Below are positions 50,151 to 62,151 of a stretch of DNA of 64,000 nt, in pieces (position 1 is the first letter of the stretch; each line of letters begins with the position of its first letter). The stretch lies in contig NC_083282.1 of NCBI RefSeq assembly GCF_963506605.1, positions 34,038,001 through 34,102,000 on the forward strand. Reading direction: 5' to 3'. Below the pieces are notes generated by a model. That model saw nothing but the letters and a program-made list of their open reading frames with translations. It made no database searches and was not told the origin of the DNA. Source of the DNA: Zootoca vivipara. Lineage: Eukaryota. The position numbers and the translations under genes are program-made.

Positions 50151-52324
50151 TGGATAAGGGAGCAGCATTTTAGGGGCATGATGCCCAAAGATGTGTGTTT
50201 TGGGGTGCCTGTAAGATCACGGACTTGGAAAAAAAAAGCTTTTTCAGGGTGAAATCTTGACCTGAAATCACAAGAGAGCAAGGCGCCCAAAATGGCCACC
50301 ATGATCTCAAAGGGGAAAAAAAATGGGATGTCCCAGTTTTTCTGGGGAAGTTGACAAGTTTGACAGTGGTTTTAGAAGGGAGCAGACTCTCCTTCATTAG
50401 AAGTTCTTTTCCCAGGGATAGCTATGGCTTCCTATCAGGGATAGTTCCTGTATCAGAAGCGGTTTGGATTAGATCAGGTGTGGCATGGGGAACCTTTTGC
50501 AGCCCTCTAAGCAACCTCCACAGATGGTGGAGGAACAAAATCATTTTTTTTTTTTACTTTTGTACAGAAGGGTAGTTTTCACACACACTCATACAGACAC
50601 CTCCATTCTCCATCCGGAGAAGCAAGAGGCACTATCAGAATTGAAGGACACATTCCAACGACACAAAAGCACTTGGGTTGCAAAGCAGAACCAGTGAGAG
50701 GTGTGGCCTGGGGTGAGTTCTGGGAGCCAGATAGAGAGGTCTGAAGGGCCGCATCTAGGCCCCAGGCTGGAGGTCCCCACTCCTGATTACTCCCTATTAC
50801 TGAAGTACCTTCAAACATTATGATTCTATAAATGTAGAAAGAAGACATGCATTTTCTCCATGCCTATGAGCAAAACACGATATACAAAATCTAGGTAAAA
50901 GCTAAATTTCTTCAACAAGCTATGCAAATTGGCTATATAAGCATGCCCAGGATACCTGAGTTTTTTTTAATATACTGTGCAACTTATTTCTATCTCAGCT
51001 TTATACTGGCCATGGAAAAAACACAAAGTGATGTCTGTTCTAATAATGAAAAGCAGGTTGAGTGTATTGGGCAGGTCATAATTTGTAGGTTGCCTCCACA
51101 AGCGTTCAGATCTCAAATTATTACTCTTATTCATCAGAAGCACTAGTTCTACACACTGAGTGACTTTAGTTAAAACGATAAAGTACACTTGTATACCTGG
51201 AATATATGCCATGCTACCTTATGAGATTTCTAAAAACCACCACTTCATATACGATGCGCCTAATAATAATAATAATCAGCCACCAAGATTTTTGTGTGGA
51301 AAGGATTCTAAAATGCACATAAGTAATGCCAATAAAAATAGGATTTAAAACTTCATCAAAACAAAAAGCTGCACAAGAAACACAGCCAACAGCAGCAGGA
51401 AGTATGCTAATTTGTATTTCATAGCTGAATGGGATTAACACAACATTTGTGTATCATTTTAATGAAATGGGAACATGCCCAACCACTGTGAATGTTTTGC
51501 TAATTTTTGCTGTTTGCTCCTACAGGGACCTTCTGAACTGTTTTCTACGGTACGCTTCTTCATCTGAATGTCAGATCCACACGCTGTTGAACACCAGAGA
51601 TTGAGTTCCTCATATTCCTGAGTAATGTAATTATTCATTTCAGCAACATTTGCTTCTTCTTTTTTTTACTACAAGTATTTTACAAACAGGATACATTCAC
51701 CCAAGGTTCTCTTCCCCATCACCAAAATGATCAAGAAACGTATTTTGGTAACATTTTTGAATAAGTGCACTTCACTAGAAACCAGTCACCCCCCCCCCTC
51801 TTTGTCTACTGTTTTTGCAACGCTGTACTTCAAAACTACGTCTGTCAGGAAGGAGACAGGAAATTCGAGTCACACTTACAACAGCTGTGCCATGCCCACT
51901 ATCATTCTCAAATGACGTAGATTGGCTTCAGTGGCATAGGGCCAGGAACTTAGCAATAGCAGAGGTCAGGAAGATAGGTCACTGTTTATACAGCTCTTGC
52001 ACTTGGGATCATGCTGGGTCTATATGCTTTCTTCCTTTCTCTACTGTTGCTCTTTCCGTTATTCTTTACTAAGGGGGAGGCAGAAGCATCCTGTTTTCAA
52101 AGCCTCAGACTGTTTTGCTACTGCCATATCTTTGTGCAGACCACGGAAGAGAGGCAGATCATTCAGATACTTCACAGATGTGGAAAACGTGACAATTAAT
52201 TGACATATTTTAAGAGGCTTCTTAAGAGCTTTCGAAAAGCTACAATCACGCTGTAGTCCCAGCTGCATGACACACATCCAATATCCAAATCCTTAAAAAG
52301 CACATAAGGATACATTTACGTGAA

Positions 52325-52446
52325 ATCGTAAGAATCGTAGAATTGGAAGGGACGCCGAGGATCATCTAGTCCAACCTCCTGCAATGCAGAAATATGGGGA
52401 TCGAACCTGCAACCTTGGCATTATCAGCACCATGCTCTAACTAACT
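52325..52446 (-). mobile_element. tRNA-Ile-derived SINE with CR1-type tail (Squam2-like)
   Basis: Minus strand agttagttagagcatggtgctGATaatgccaaggttgcaggttcgatcccc (tRNA-Ile-like) joined to ggttggactagatgatcc...cccttccaattctacgatt. Confidence 0.75.
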
Positions 52447-52632
52447 TTTAGACAATCTAGTAAAAAAATGCAAATTAAAAATAAGAGCAGCGTTGGGAGT
52501 CCTTTGCCTGAAATCTTATTCCATCTTTATTGCCTCCTATTTAATTGCTACGTAGCCCTTTTTTTGTGTAAAATGTCCATAACTCATTATTGCTCACAAC
52601 AGGGTTGTGAAGCTGGTTGTTAATCCCTAATT

Positions 52633-52830
52633 CAGTGTTTCTCAACCACTGTTCCGCGGCACACTAGTGTGCCGCGAGATGTTGCCTGGTGTGCCGTGGG
52701 AGAATTACTTTATATATAGTCAATATAGGCACAGAGTTAATTTTTTTAACATTTTCTAATGGTGGTGTGCCTCGTGATTTTTTTTCATGAAACAAGTGTG
52801 CCTTTGCCCAAAAAAGGTTGAGAAACACTG
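52633..52830. mobile_element. hAT MITE (young)
   Basis: Perfect 15-bp TIR cagtgtttctcaacc; perfect 8-bp TSD ccctaatt at 52625-52632 and 52831-52838; internal gtgtgcc repeats. Confidence 0.92.
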
Positions 52831-52886
52831 CCCTAATTTAAATACAAATTAGGGTAACAGTCAGCTGGGCAGGGTACAAATAAATC

Positions 52887-52910
52887 ATTATTATTATTAT
52901 TATTATTATT
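52887..52910. repeat. (ATT)n microsatellite (LINE tail)
   Basis: 8 ATT units after gggcagggtacaaataaa. Confidence 0.9.
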
Positions 52911-54268
52911 AAGCAGCAAAGTGCATGATGGTGGTCTGAACAAGGTTAAGTAGGTAGCTTGTGGCTGGGTCTATGAAGGCTGGATATTAAAAGGAGGGTT
53001 TTGTAAAAAATAATGTTGAAAGCAGCATGTGAAAACTGATACCTTTGCAGTCGGAAACAGAATAAGATATTAGGCCCCATAGCTTGCTTATCATAAAATG
53101 CCACGTACCAGTGTTAATAAGTGCACCTGGAGAAAGTTATATATGCTGATTCTGGAATCATGTACAGTATGCTGTAGCTCAACTGACTAGATGGCAGAGT
53201 ATTAGGTATCTGCACTAACAGTGCAAAAGACTGTTCTGCTGAACAGCGCCTGGGGTCACAGCAGATAAGGTGTCCACGGCCTCAGGGAAGTGGGTGTGCC
53301 TTTTGTTTAATCAATCAATATTCAGGCTAGTAGCCAATGAAAGAGCGACTCTGGTGTAAATACAATCCAAGCGACAGGTTTTAACTATAAAAGGATAAGG
53401 TGTCAGAGATATAATGGGGAAATTTCACAATTAGTTACTAAATTAAACCCATACAATCAGCATGGCTCTCCAGGTGGTTTGGCTGACACGCAAGCCAAGC
53501 TTCTACAACACATTTTACCCCCTTTTAGAAATGTGCCTCCTAACAGAGCAACATTTTATGAGACTTGTCATTACACATGCAACTACTAATATACAAAAAC
53601 AGAACACCTTTCTTTTACAATGTACAATGCACTAACTGAAATCAAAGCAATACGTACTATATTTACTGCACGGTAACTGTGAAGATAACTGTACTGTAAT
53701 TATCAGCAGCACAGACAATTTACTAAAAACAATTATTTCCGAAGTTATTGGTTGTCCCAATCCCATCAGGATTTTAAGTTCTATTCCTACAAACACTCCA
53801 TTAACTTGATATGAGTGTTGCTATTCCTAGGTATCTAAGGGATAATTAATACAAAATCAGGAATTGTTCAGAGTATGTAAATATACACAATAATCCACCC
53901 CACCCCCGATTTACAGATCACCTAGGTACCCAACACCTATTTAACAAAATCAAAGAGCACAACTGGATTTATGGATACAACTGTGCTCTGCTTGAGCGCT
54001 TGCAAAGTTTGATACCACACATGTCTACTGCTCAACCTCCATAGTGTAATGATAGGAACTACCAATATTTAACAGCTTTAATAAGAAGCAGAGGCGGTGT
54101 GTAAGAGTTCACCCATTTTCTTTAACTTTGTTCTTGGTAAAATCAGTAGCAGGTCTGCTTCCAGATACAGCTGTATATGTGTGTGTGGAGTTTAAATCCC
54201 TATGCAACTAAATTCCATTTTTCAAAACCTTTTTTTTTGGGGGGGGGGGATAAATCTTTTCCTCTTAC

Positions 54269-54505
54269 CTTATTCGATGCCATTTCGCTAACAGATCGGT
54301 AGGTCTGAATGGTTTCAAGTTGGTCTAAACACCAGTCCAATTCCTCCAAAGTTTCCATTGCTAATTTTTGATAAGATTCCTCTGCAAATAAACACACAGG
54401 CATGTAGTTAGGCTTGAGTGATTGCAGGCTTTCCATGGTGGAATCGCTGACACGGCTCGGACCGACGCTGCTGTAGGTGCTGCTGCTGCTGTGCTCTTTC
54501 ATCAT
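54269..54505 (-). CDS. PDE4B: PDE4B short isoform (PDE4B2-type) first coding exon; 54269-54381 (113 nt) is also the shared UCR2 exon of long isoforms
   Basis: MMKEH...[48 protein letters not shown]|gtaag; internal acceptor tttgcag|AGGAATCT at 54383-54382. Joined exons total 1698 nt (565 aa from ATG 54505, 564 aa from ATG 54502). Confidence 0.95.
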
Positions 54506-54719
54506 GAGTTCTGCTAGCTCCTGTTCCAGTCTCCAGCAGAACAAATCAATGCACGTCTCGCCTTTGAGTGGCTGTTGTGGTTTCATGGACTTTCTTCTCT
54601 TTTTGTTCTTGCTGGCTTTGAAGAAGCAATGTCAGTACTACATCAACAAACTTCCTCTCGTAGGGGATGTAAGGGGAGGGACCTCTGTCAGGCTCATCTG
54701 CATGTATATTATGCACTCA

Positions 54720-54870
54720 CAGGACAGATGAGGAAAAGCAAGTTCTTCGTAAGCAAAGGGTTTTCCCGCCAAGCATTAATCATGTGGTGATATTTTTTAA
54801 ATAAGACTTTTAAAGTGTCATCGAGTGAGATTGGGCAATCAATCTGCATCTCTCAGTTTTCCCTTAAAAA
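54720..54870 (-). promoter_or_regulatory. Putative PDE4B short-isoform proximal promoter
   Basis: TATA-like TATTTAAA (54803-54796), C/EBP- and CCAAT-like ATTGGGCAAT (54830-54839), kB-like GGGTTTTCCC (54758-54767). Confidence 0.5.
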
Positions 54871-55201
54871 AAAACTAACTTCAGATAAAAACAAATGGGC
54901 AGGAAAAAATAACTGGAAGTAAACTCCCTGAACTTCTGCAGCTGTGATAATCCTCTCCTCAGAAAGATCGTTTGCATTAAAAGGGGAGGGATTTTTCTTG
55001 TTGTTAAATCCGTATCTATTAAATTAGGTGTTCAATGAAATGTCTCTTCACAGGAAACCACAGAAATACTGGATTTTTATTTAAACTGGCAAAATGGAAA
55101 TCCTGCTTCTTTTAACCAACTTTAAACTCCCCTATAGTTCATGCCAAAGTCACAAGGAAATTCTGAACTGGATTTCCAGAGGAATTTAAAATTTGACTGG
55201 T

Positions 55202-55485
55202 AAGGTAAAGGTAAAGGACCCCTGACAGTCAAGTCCAGTCGCGAAGGACTCTGGGGTTGCGGTGCTCATCTCACTTTACTGGCCGAGGGAGCCGACATTT
55301 GTCTGCAGACAGTTTTTCCGGGTCCAATTTATCTACTTGCACTTTGACGTGCTTTCAAACTGCTAAGTTGGCAGGAGCTGAGACTGAACAATGGGAGCTC
55401 ACCCCGTCATGGGGATTCGAACCGCCGACCTTCCGATTGGCAAGCCCTAGATTCAATGGTTTAGACCACAGCGCCACCCGTGTCC
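55202..55485 (-). mobile_element. Sauria SINE with internal deletion
   Basis: (aaaggt)n tail at left, head ...cagcgccacccgtgtcc at right. Confidence 0.9.
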
Positions 55486-55885
55486 TGCCTTTCCACATTT
55501 TATCTGGGGAACAAACATTTATTTAAAATATTTTCTAAAGCTACAACCTTAAATGAACTTATGGGGCTAAATTTGTCCCGTTGAACTTACTAAGATTTAC
55601 TTCTGAGTAAACAAATAAAGGATTCTGCTGAAGGGACGCACAAAGAACCACAGGCAGGGGAATAGTTAGGTGTGGGCCAGGGAGGGCCTGGAGGGGCCTG
55701 GATCTCCTTTTCCTTTCACAAAATAATAAACAAACAAACTTTCTTATAAGAGGTTGGGGCTCTAGTGACCTGCTATCTTAATTTGCCAAGAAACACCAAT
55801 ACAAGCACATTAGTATATGCAAAGTTTATGTAAATTTGAACACAGGCTTGTGACCATTAAGTACTTGGTACCTGTCTGGACTATA

Positions 55886-56236
55886 GTATGTGGGTGGCGC
55901 TGTGGGTTAAACCACAGCGCCCAGGGCTTGCCGATCAGAAGGTCAGCGGTTCGAATCCCCATGACAGGGTGAGCTCCCATTGTTCAGTCCCAGCTCCTGC
56001 CAACCTAGCAGTTCAAAAGCACGTCCAAGTGCAAGTAGATAAATAGGTACCGCTCCGGCAGGAAGGTAAATGGTGTTTCCGTGTGCTGCTCTGGTTCGAC
56101 AGAAGCGGCTTAGTCATGCTGGCCACATGACCTGGAAGCTGTACACCGGCTCCCTCAGCCAATAAAGCAAGATGAGCGCCGAAACTCCAGAGTCGGTCAT
56201 GACTGGACCTAATGGTCAGGGGTCCCTTTACCTTTA
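55886..56236 (+). mobile_element. Sauria SINE, full length
   Basis: Head, core and (ACCTTT)n tail; 15-bp TSD tacctgtctggacta at 55869-55883 and 56235-56249. Confidence 0.93.
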
Positions 56237-56369
56237 CCTGTCTGGACTACAGGGAGCAAGCACCTCAGATTTGGTCATAAAAATTACTTCTAAAATCCCA
56301 CGATAGTCATTGACTCAAAAGTTATGCACCAACATAAACCTGTTTGATTGTGGAAGCTCTAATTATATT

Positions 56370-57535
56370 TAGGGTTGAAAGAAGGCCCCCTGCTAAATCC
56401 GCTACCTCATTTGCAGGTTGCAAATTTAGGGAGGGGCTGTTTTATTGATTTTGGGAGATGGGTCAAATCCTTTTGGTTCACGTGGCATGCTTTTCTCTTT
56501 TTCACTTTAAGCAATATAAGTGATGTATATTTCTGCCACTGCCTGTGGCCCCAGTGGAACCTTTCTCAGTGGCTGCCACTTGTGGCTACCATTCCGCCCT
56601 TCCCTTGAATGCCCTTGGTATAAAGCGCTTTATATCATACAATATAAAGCGGATTGTGGTAGGGCTGCTAGGAAATTTAGTTCAGGGTTTGGTAGTGTAC
56701 AGGCCACAGGTCATGCTGAGTAATGGGGGCGTTTTAATTGGTTGGTGGGCCCCCCTTTTAAAGTCTTGCACTCCATTTTACAGTCACATTTTGCCTGGCG
56801 TTTGAATCCCCTCCCACCTGCCCTTTTTTCTTGCAGGTTAGCACGACATTGCTATTGCCTTCGGGGCCGCCTGTATTCAGGGGCCGGTAGGAATTTTTCC
56901 AATTGGCTGATTGGCTTTGCCTCTTGGTTTTCGCCTACTGCGCTAGCAAATTGTCACAACTTGTTAGGTTGGTGGTTAGGCTTTTGGTTGGTTAATCGGT
57001 TGGCAGAGGGGTGTGGCACAGATGCCTACCCCCACCTCCGTTTGCTCCATATAGAAGTATTCCGTTAAAGGAATCTCGGGGCTTACGCTCTTGTCCTTAC
57101 CATCCCGCCATTGGCGGGGATGGTGGGCCCAATTATAAGAGTAAGAGCCTTGGGGAACATTCTTGGGTAAAGAGAGGAGGGAATGACTGGGCTCAGCCAC
57201 CTCCTCTCTCCCAGGTATGTTTACTTGACTTCCCTTCAGGAAGTCGGAGCAGGTACTGTCCAAGCGGACAGTGGTGAGTCCTGTCCCATGGTGACAGCTG
57301 ATGTGAGTCCTGCCCCAACTGGGCAGATGAGGTGAGTCCTGTCCAAAGGGGACAGCTGATTGAGTCCTGTCCTAAATGGACAGATGGGGATAGTCCTTCT
57401 TAAGGAAGGATGAGTGCATAACCAAAAGCCTAAGCCAACACTCGGATTAAAATTGGTGTATTAAATAAAGTTGTGGCCCTAAATTATTTGCCAAAAACCA
57501 AACCATAATTCTGGTGTCAGTTGTGAGTTATTTAA
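56370..57535 (+). mobile_element. Unclassified retroelement terminal fragment (possibly DIRS/Ngaro-like or LTR)
   Basis: Compositionally distinct, CpG-retaining block ending in aataaagttgtggcc...gagttattt, with internal hairpins. No diagnostic coding motif recognised; boundaries approximate. Confidence 0.4.
57256..57410. repeat. Tandem array of about 29-nt hairpin units
   Basis: Units (GTGAGTC)-CTGYCC-loop-GGRCAG; five clear stems plus a sixth with a different stem sequence. Confidence 0.8.
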
Positions 57536-57923
57536 GGTAAATTTCTGGTAAGCCTCGACACACAATGCTTTGACACATAGCATAATTCCAGGAGGGAGAG
57601 AGAGGGGGGGGGGGAGAGAGAGTGTGTAGAATGATGGCTGCCGGCTGCCAAGAAATGCCATGATATTGTTGCTGGAAATGGTACAGGAAGTCCAAAGCAA
57701 AACAACGCATCATTAGTCTGAAGATGGAAAAAAGAAAAGAAAAAGAGCAGCTGCCACGACTGCTCAGCACCTTTTCAATAAATTTATATCTATCTTCATT
57801 CAGGGTGTCACTGCAGTATCTCAGTTATATATATCTAACTGAGATTACCTGTGTATGACAGCGATGCACATTTTACAATTTTTTATGTGATATAAGCCAC
57901 CCAGAGTGGCTGGGAAAACCCAG

Positions 57924-58065
57924 NNNNNNNNNNNNNNNNNNNNNNNNNNNNNNNNNNNNNNNNNNNNNNNNNNNNNNNNNNNNNNNNNNNNNNNNNNNNN
58001 NNNNNNNNNNNNNNNNNNNNNNNNNNNNNNNNNNNNNNNNNNNNNNNNNNNNNNNNNNNNNNNNN
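57924..58065. other. Assembly gap (142 N)
   Basis: Run of N following an L2-type 3' fragment. Confidence 0.99.
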
Positions 58066-58154
58066 CTCTTGTCTTCCAAAATAGTGCCAACTCAGAAATA
58101 AACAAGGATGATGCCTTCCAAATGGTTTGGACTACAACTCCTATCAGCCACAGC

Positions 58155-58391
58155 CAGTGGTACCTCTGGTTACGAGCTTAATTCGTTCCGGAGGTCCGTT
58201 GTTAACCTGAAACCGTTCTTCACCTGAGGTACCACTTTAGCTAATGGGGCCTCCCACTGCCGCCGCACGATTTCTATTCTCATCCTGAGGTAAAGTTCTT
58301 AACCCGAGGTAGGCCTACTACTTTTGGGTTAGCTGAGACTGTAACCTGAAGTGTTTGTAACCAAAGGTGTTTGTAACCTGAGGTAACACTG
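58155..58391. mobile_element. Tigger/pogo-type MITE
   Basis: TIR cagtggtacctctggttac...gtaacctgaggtaacactg-ta; left TA lost. Confidence 0.8.
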
Positions 58392-58432
58392 TATCTGTGC
58401 AGCTTTAAATCTCTAAGCAGTAGAGAGTAGTT

Positions 58433-58491
58433 ACAGGTGGGTAGCCGTGTTGGTCTGACGTAGTCGAAACAAAATAAAAAAATTCCTTCCA
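58433..58491 (+). mobile_element. Truncated Penelope terminus
   Basis: acaggtgggtagccgtgttggtctga...aaaataaaaaaattccttc matches the start of 16588-16808; no ribozyme segment. Confidence 0.8.
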
Positions 58492-59686
58492 GCAGAGAGT
58501 ACTCGCCCTCCCTTCCAACTCAAGGCTATGAAAAGGAACCACATGTTTTCACATAAAGTTCTATTCCGAGTGCTGTGAAGGGCTACAACAGGAGAGTTAT
58601 TTTCTCTGGGTGATATCCAATATTAGTCATACTCAGAGTAGACCCACTGAAATCAATGGATTTAATCTGTGCTGCAAGGTCATGTAATGTAAAACATGGT
58701 CTCCTGCACCACATGTAACATTGCAGTCAAGGTGATTTGCTTTCTTCCTTTGGAGGAAGCAGTGGAGTTTGAAGCCACTATCCCCAAATGGAGCAACCCC
58801 CCCCCCCCCGGCAGATGTCTGCAGAGGGGGAAATATACAGTTTGGCATAAGCAGTTTTCTCAAGTCTTCCTGAAAAAGGACAACTGGGTAAGGGGAGAAA
58901 TGATGTACATACAAGAGGGTCAATAATTTAAGGAAGGCCACATTTCATGTTAAGAAGTTACTTGAAAGAGAGGAAGTTATTTGGAAGTATTATCTTTCAC
59001 ATCAGTGTCACAATTTCTTATAATTCACTGAGCAAGAGGAAGTGGAGTTGGCTTGTCTGTGACTGAGAACCTGTTCTTACAAAATAGCTGCTTATCTGAG
59101 AAGCCTCTACATACGCTTCTTTATGGTAGCAGTTCCAGTAATGGCAACACATTTGAGGCCCAAATACCAGGCAACAGTGAAAGGGGATCTCAATACTTGC
59201 ACCTATTTTGTAAACAGCTTTGTATCCATGCACTCTAGTAACAGTTTGATTTTAATTTTAAGTAGTGATGCAGAAACACCATTTACCTTGAATAATACCT
59301 GGGCCCCTATCAGCTTTTTCTATGAGCAATGGGGGAAAGTGCTAAATGGGCTCACAATGGTTTGGCATGTGTGAGTTTTTGTTTTGTCACTTGGAAACTG
59401 TAGTGTGGGATGAAAGCAGGCAGGAATGTGGAGGAAGATACATTCACAGCTTTAGTAGCAGCAGCATTGGCAGTAGGGAACTGGCACACATTTCAGTTGT
59501 GCATTGCATATCACCCAGAACTCCTCCCCATGTTGAACTAGACCGAATGTTCATAGGGGAAGCAGGCAGGGTTTGTAGTGGGAGATCACCCCCAACATAT
59601 ACTCACAATTAAGACTGGACAATAATGCAGTGATCAAATAGAAAGGATGGCTTCACATAATAATGACTGAGTAAAGAGTTAAAGTA

Positions 59687-59868
59687 CTGTATATTCCTGC
59701 ACAAAAGACTACTTTTTAACCCAGGAAAATCTTCTCAAAAGTCGGGGGTCGTCTTATACGCCGGGTTGTATTTCGTATAGGGTGAGTATATCCCAAACTC
59801 TATTTTTTTACTGAGAAAGTTGGGGGTCGTCTTATACGCCCAGTCGGCTTATACGCCAGAATATACAG
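59687..59868. mobile_element. pogo/Tc2-like MITE
   Basis: TA-flanked TIR ctgtatattc...gaatatacag; internal gggggtcgtcttatacgcc repeats. Confidence 0.8.
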
Positions 59869-62141
59869 TAATTGAGTTCTAGACATGAACCAACAGCTGC
59901 TATAGGATTTGCTAGCCTGGTCTGCTAAATGCTGTTTGCAAACAGGCAGAAATGGAACATTAACTTGAAATACGTTTTGTTATTAACTATGACTGGAGTA
60001 AAAGCTTAAGGATGAGAATATCCAACACAAATAGGATGTCTTAGCATTAAAAACAGTGAAAATTCATATTATGAACCCATCGTTTGCAAACTTTGTTAAT
60101 GTCACTGCTTCTAATTAGTTGCTAAAGTTAATACTTTTTAAATAAAAACTAACAGGCAGCTATTAAAACAATCTAGCTTATATTTCTGTAGTGGTTCAGG
60201 ACCCAGAGGCATTGACTTGTAGCAAAATATTCAGTTTCACAAAAATCCTACCAGGAGGTCACAGAAGAAAACATTCTACAGTGTTATTTACTTCCGAGCA
60301 TGATTTGACTAAGCAACAACCATGTGCTTGAAAGTCACGTTGGAGATTAGAAATGTGGTTGAGAAAGAGAAATAGTGACCTAACTGACTGCACATACATC
60401 TGGGCAGGGTTCAGCTGATTGTTAATTAATCCCAAATTAAACATGAACGCAAGGAACACCCTTTGTTTAACTTTCAAAGTTAAAAGAGTAGCATTTCATC
60501 CAGGCATGTCAAAACTTAACAGAAAGTAGATAGCCAAACAAAATTTTTTGGTCTTCCACAGGTAATACATATGTGAGGCTGTGTCTTTATGTATGCACAT
60601 TTACATTAGATAGCACTGATTTAATAATTCTTATTTGGGGGGAAAATAAAGCTTCATAAACCACAGCTCTAAAATGCACATTGTTGGGAATGAATCCAAG
60701 TGCTAAGCATCCTAGCTTAGTCCTTGCCTGGAATGCCTAATTAGGATTCCATTGCTTCTTTTACTTGGATATTTTTCAAACCGATTTAACAAATACTTTG
60801 CTGAATATTTTATTTTATGGCTTGATTCCGAATAAATACTGATTTGTGTGTTCAATGTTCCAAACACTCTGCTCCAACCAGACAAGTCTATAAATTGTGG
60901 GAGGGAGAAGCTTCCTTGTGACAAGATATGAGGCTGCTGTGGTATGCTTATTAATAGCAAAATCATGTGGATGAGGCCAACTGCATGAGCAATTCTTATT
61001 CTAGAAAAGAGGTATTGCAATATGCATAACGCTTTAGCGTGCAGCAAAGGTTGTAAATAGGCAACACAATCCAGATATTTTGGTAAACACTACATGCACA
61101 CACCCTGCCTTTTATTTCATTGCATGGAGCTGACAAATGAACTGTGTGTGAAAATCAACTTCACCACCAAAATTAAGGAAGAGACCATTCCTGGCAAAGG
61201 AGCGCAGGGAACACATAAAAACTTTTATGACAGCTATATGCCTGCACATTTCATACTCTTGCTTTTGAGACAAACAATGGTCCTGACACTTTCACAGGAC
61301 TAAGGAGAGTGATGGCACTTGGTAGCTTGAGTCTATGAGCTAAGAAACCCAAAGGTTGTCTTGCTCTGGTTTATGTTACCGAATCTTCTCGTATTCGGAT
61401 GGCATCATGAACTGAGGTGAGAGCAGCTTGTGAGAATAAAATATGGTAAATTCTATTTATGACCACATTTAGCCAACAGAATAAATTTAGAGATAAAGTA
61501 CTTGTGATTTGCAGGTTCCAATGTGAACATTTGCTTTTTTATATATACCGCTCTTCATCTGTAAAACATCCCAGGGCACCAGAAGCTTTCGGCTACGACA
61601 ATCCTGCAGCATGACCACAATTGCAATATTTGCTTGCTTTGCCTTGCTATAAAGTTCCACGGAGAAAGGAAAACCATTATGCTATAGGGGAAGAAGCCAG
61701 CAATGTATATAAATCATTTACTTTTGGGAGAGTGTTCTGGCCAGGTTGGATGCCCATTTCATTTCCAATAGGAATTTGGATTTTGAGACGGCTCCGGTTC
61801 TATCGAAGAGTGCAGAAGCCTTGAGAACCAGTGCAATCATTTGTCAGTGCCTTGTATGAACAGGCTGAGTTTACTAATAAAAAGGAAGGGCACCTTAGAG
61901 AGTGATTGGCGCTTGGAATTCGAAGCAAAGGGCTTCCTGAAAGCACGGAGCTAATAGGGGGCTCAACCTTTCACAAAGCCATAAAGATGGCAAAGTAACC
62001 AGCTGTGCAAACCCCGGAATAAGGAGCAAAGAAAAATTGGGAATGACTTTGAAAAAGTAACCTCTGCTTCACAAACACTACGGGGTAGTTACAGCAGCCA
62101 TTCTGAAAAGGGTAAACTCGTGTCTGCAAAATCATGTCAAG

Positions 62142-62151
62142 GGAAAGTCCC
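62142..62151 (-). promoter_or_regulatory. Canonical NF-kB site GGGACTTTCC
   Basis: Plus-strand ggaaagtccc is the exact reverse complement of the Ig-kappa kB element. Confidence 0.45.

Noticed and set aside
57256-57410. CRISPR array or hammerhead ribozyme interpretation of the hairpin array (ctgat-tgagtcc...ggac)
   Set aside because: Eukaryotic context, no spacer-sized unique segments and no cas genes; the CUGANGA core is imperfect and the required GAAA is absent.
57845-58181. ORFs spanning X runs
   Set aside because: Artefacts of the 142-N assembly gap.
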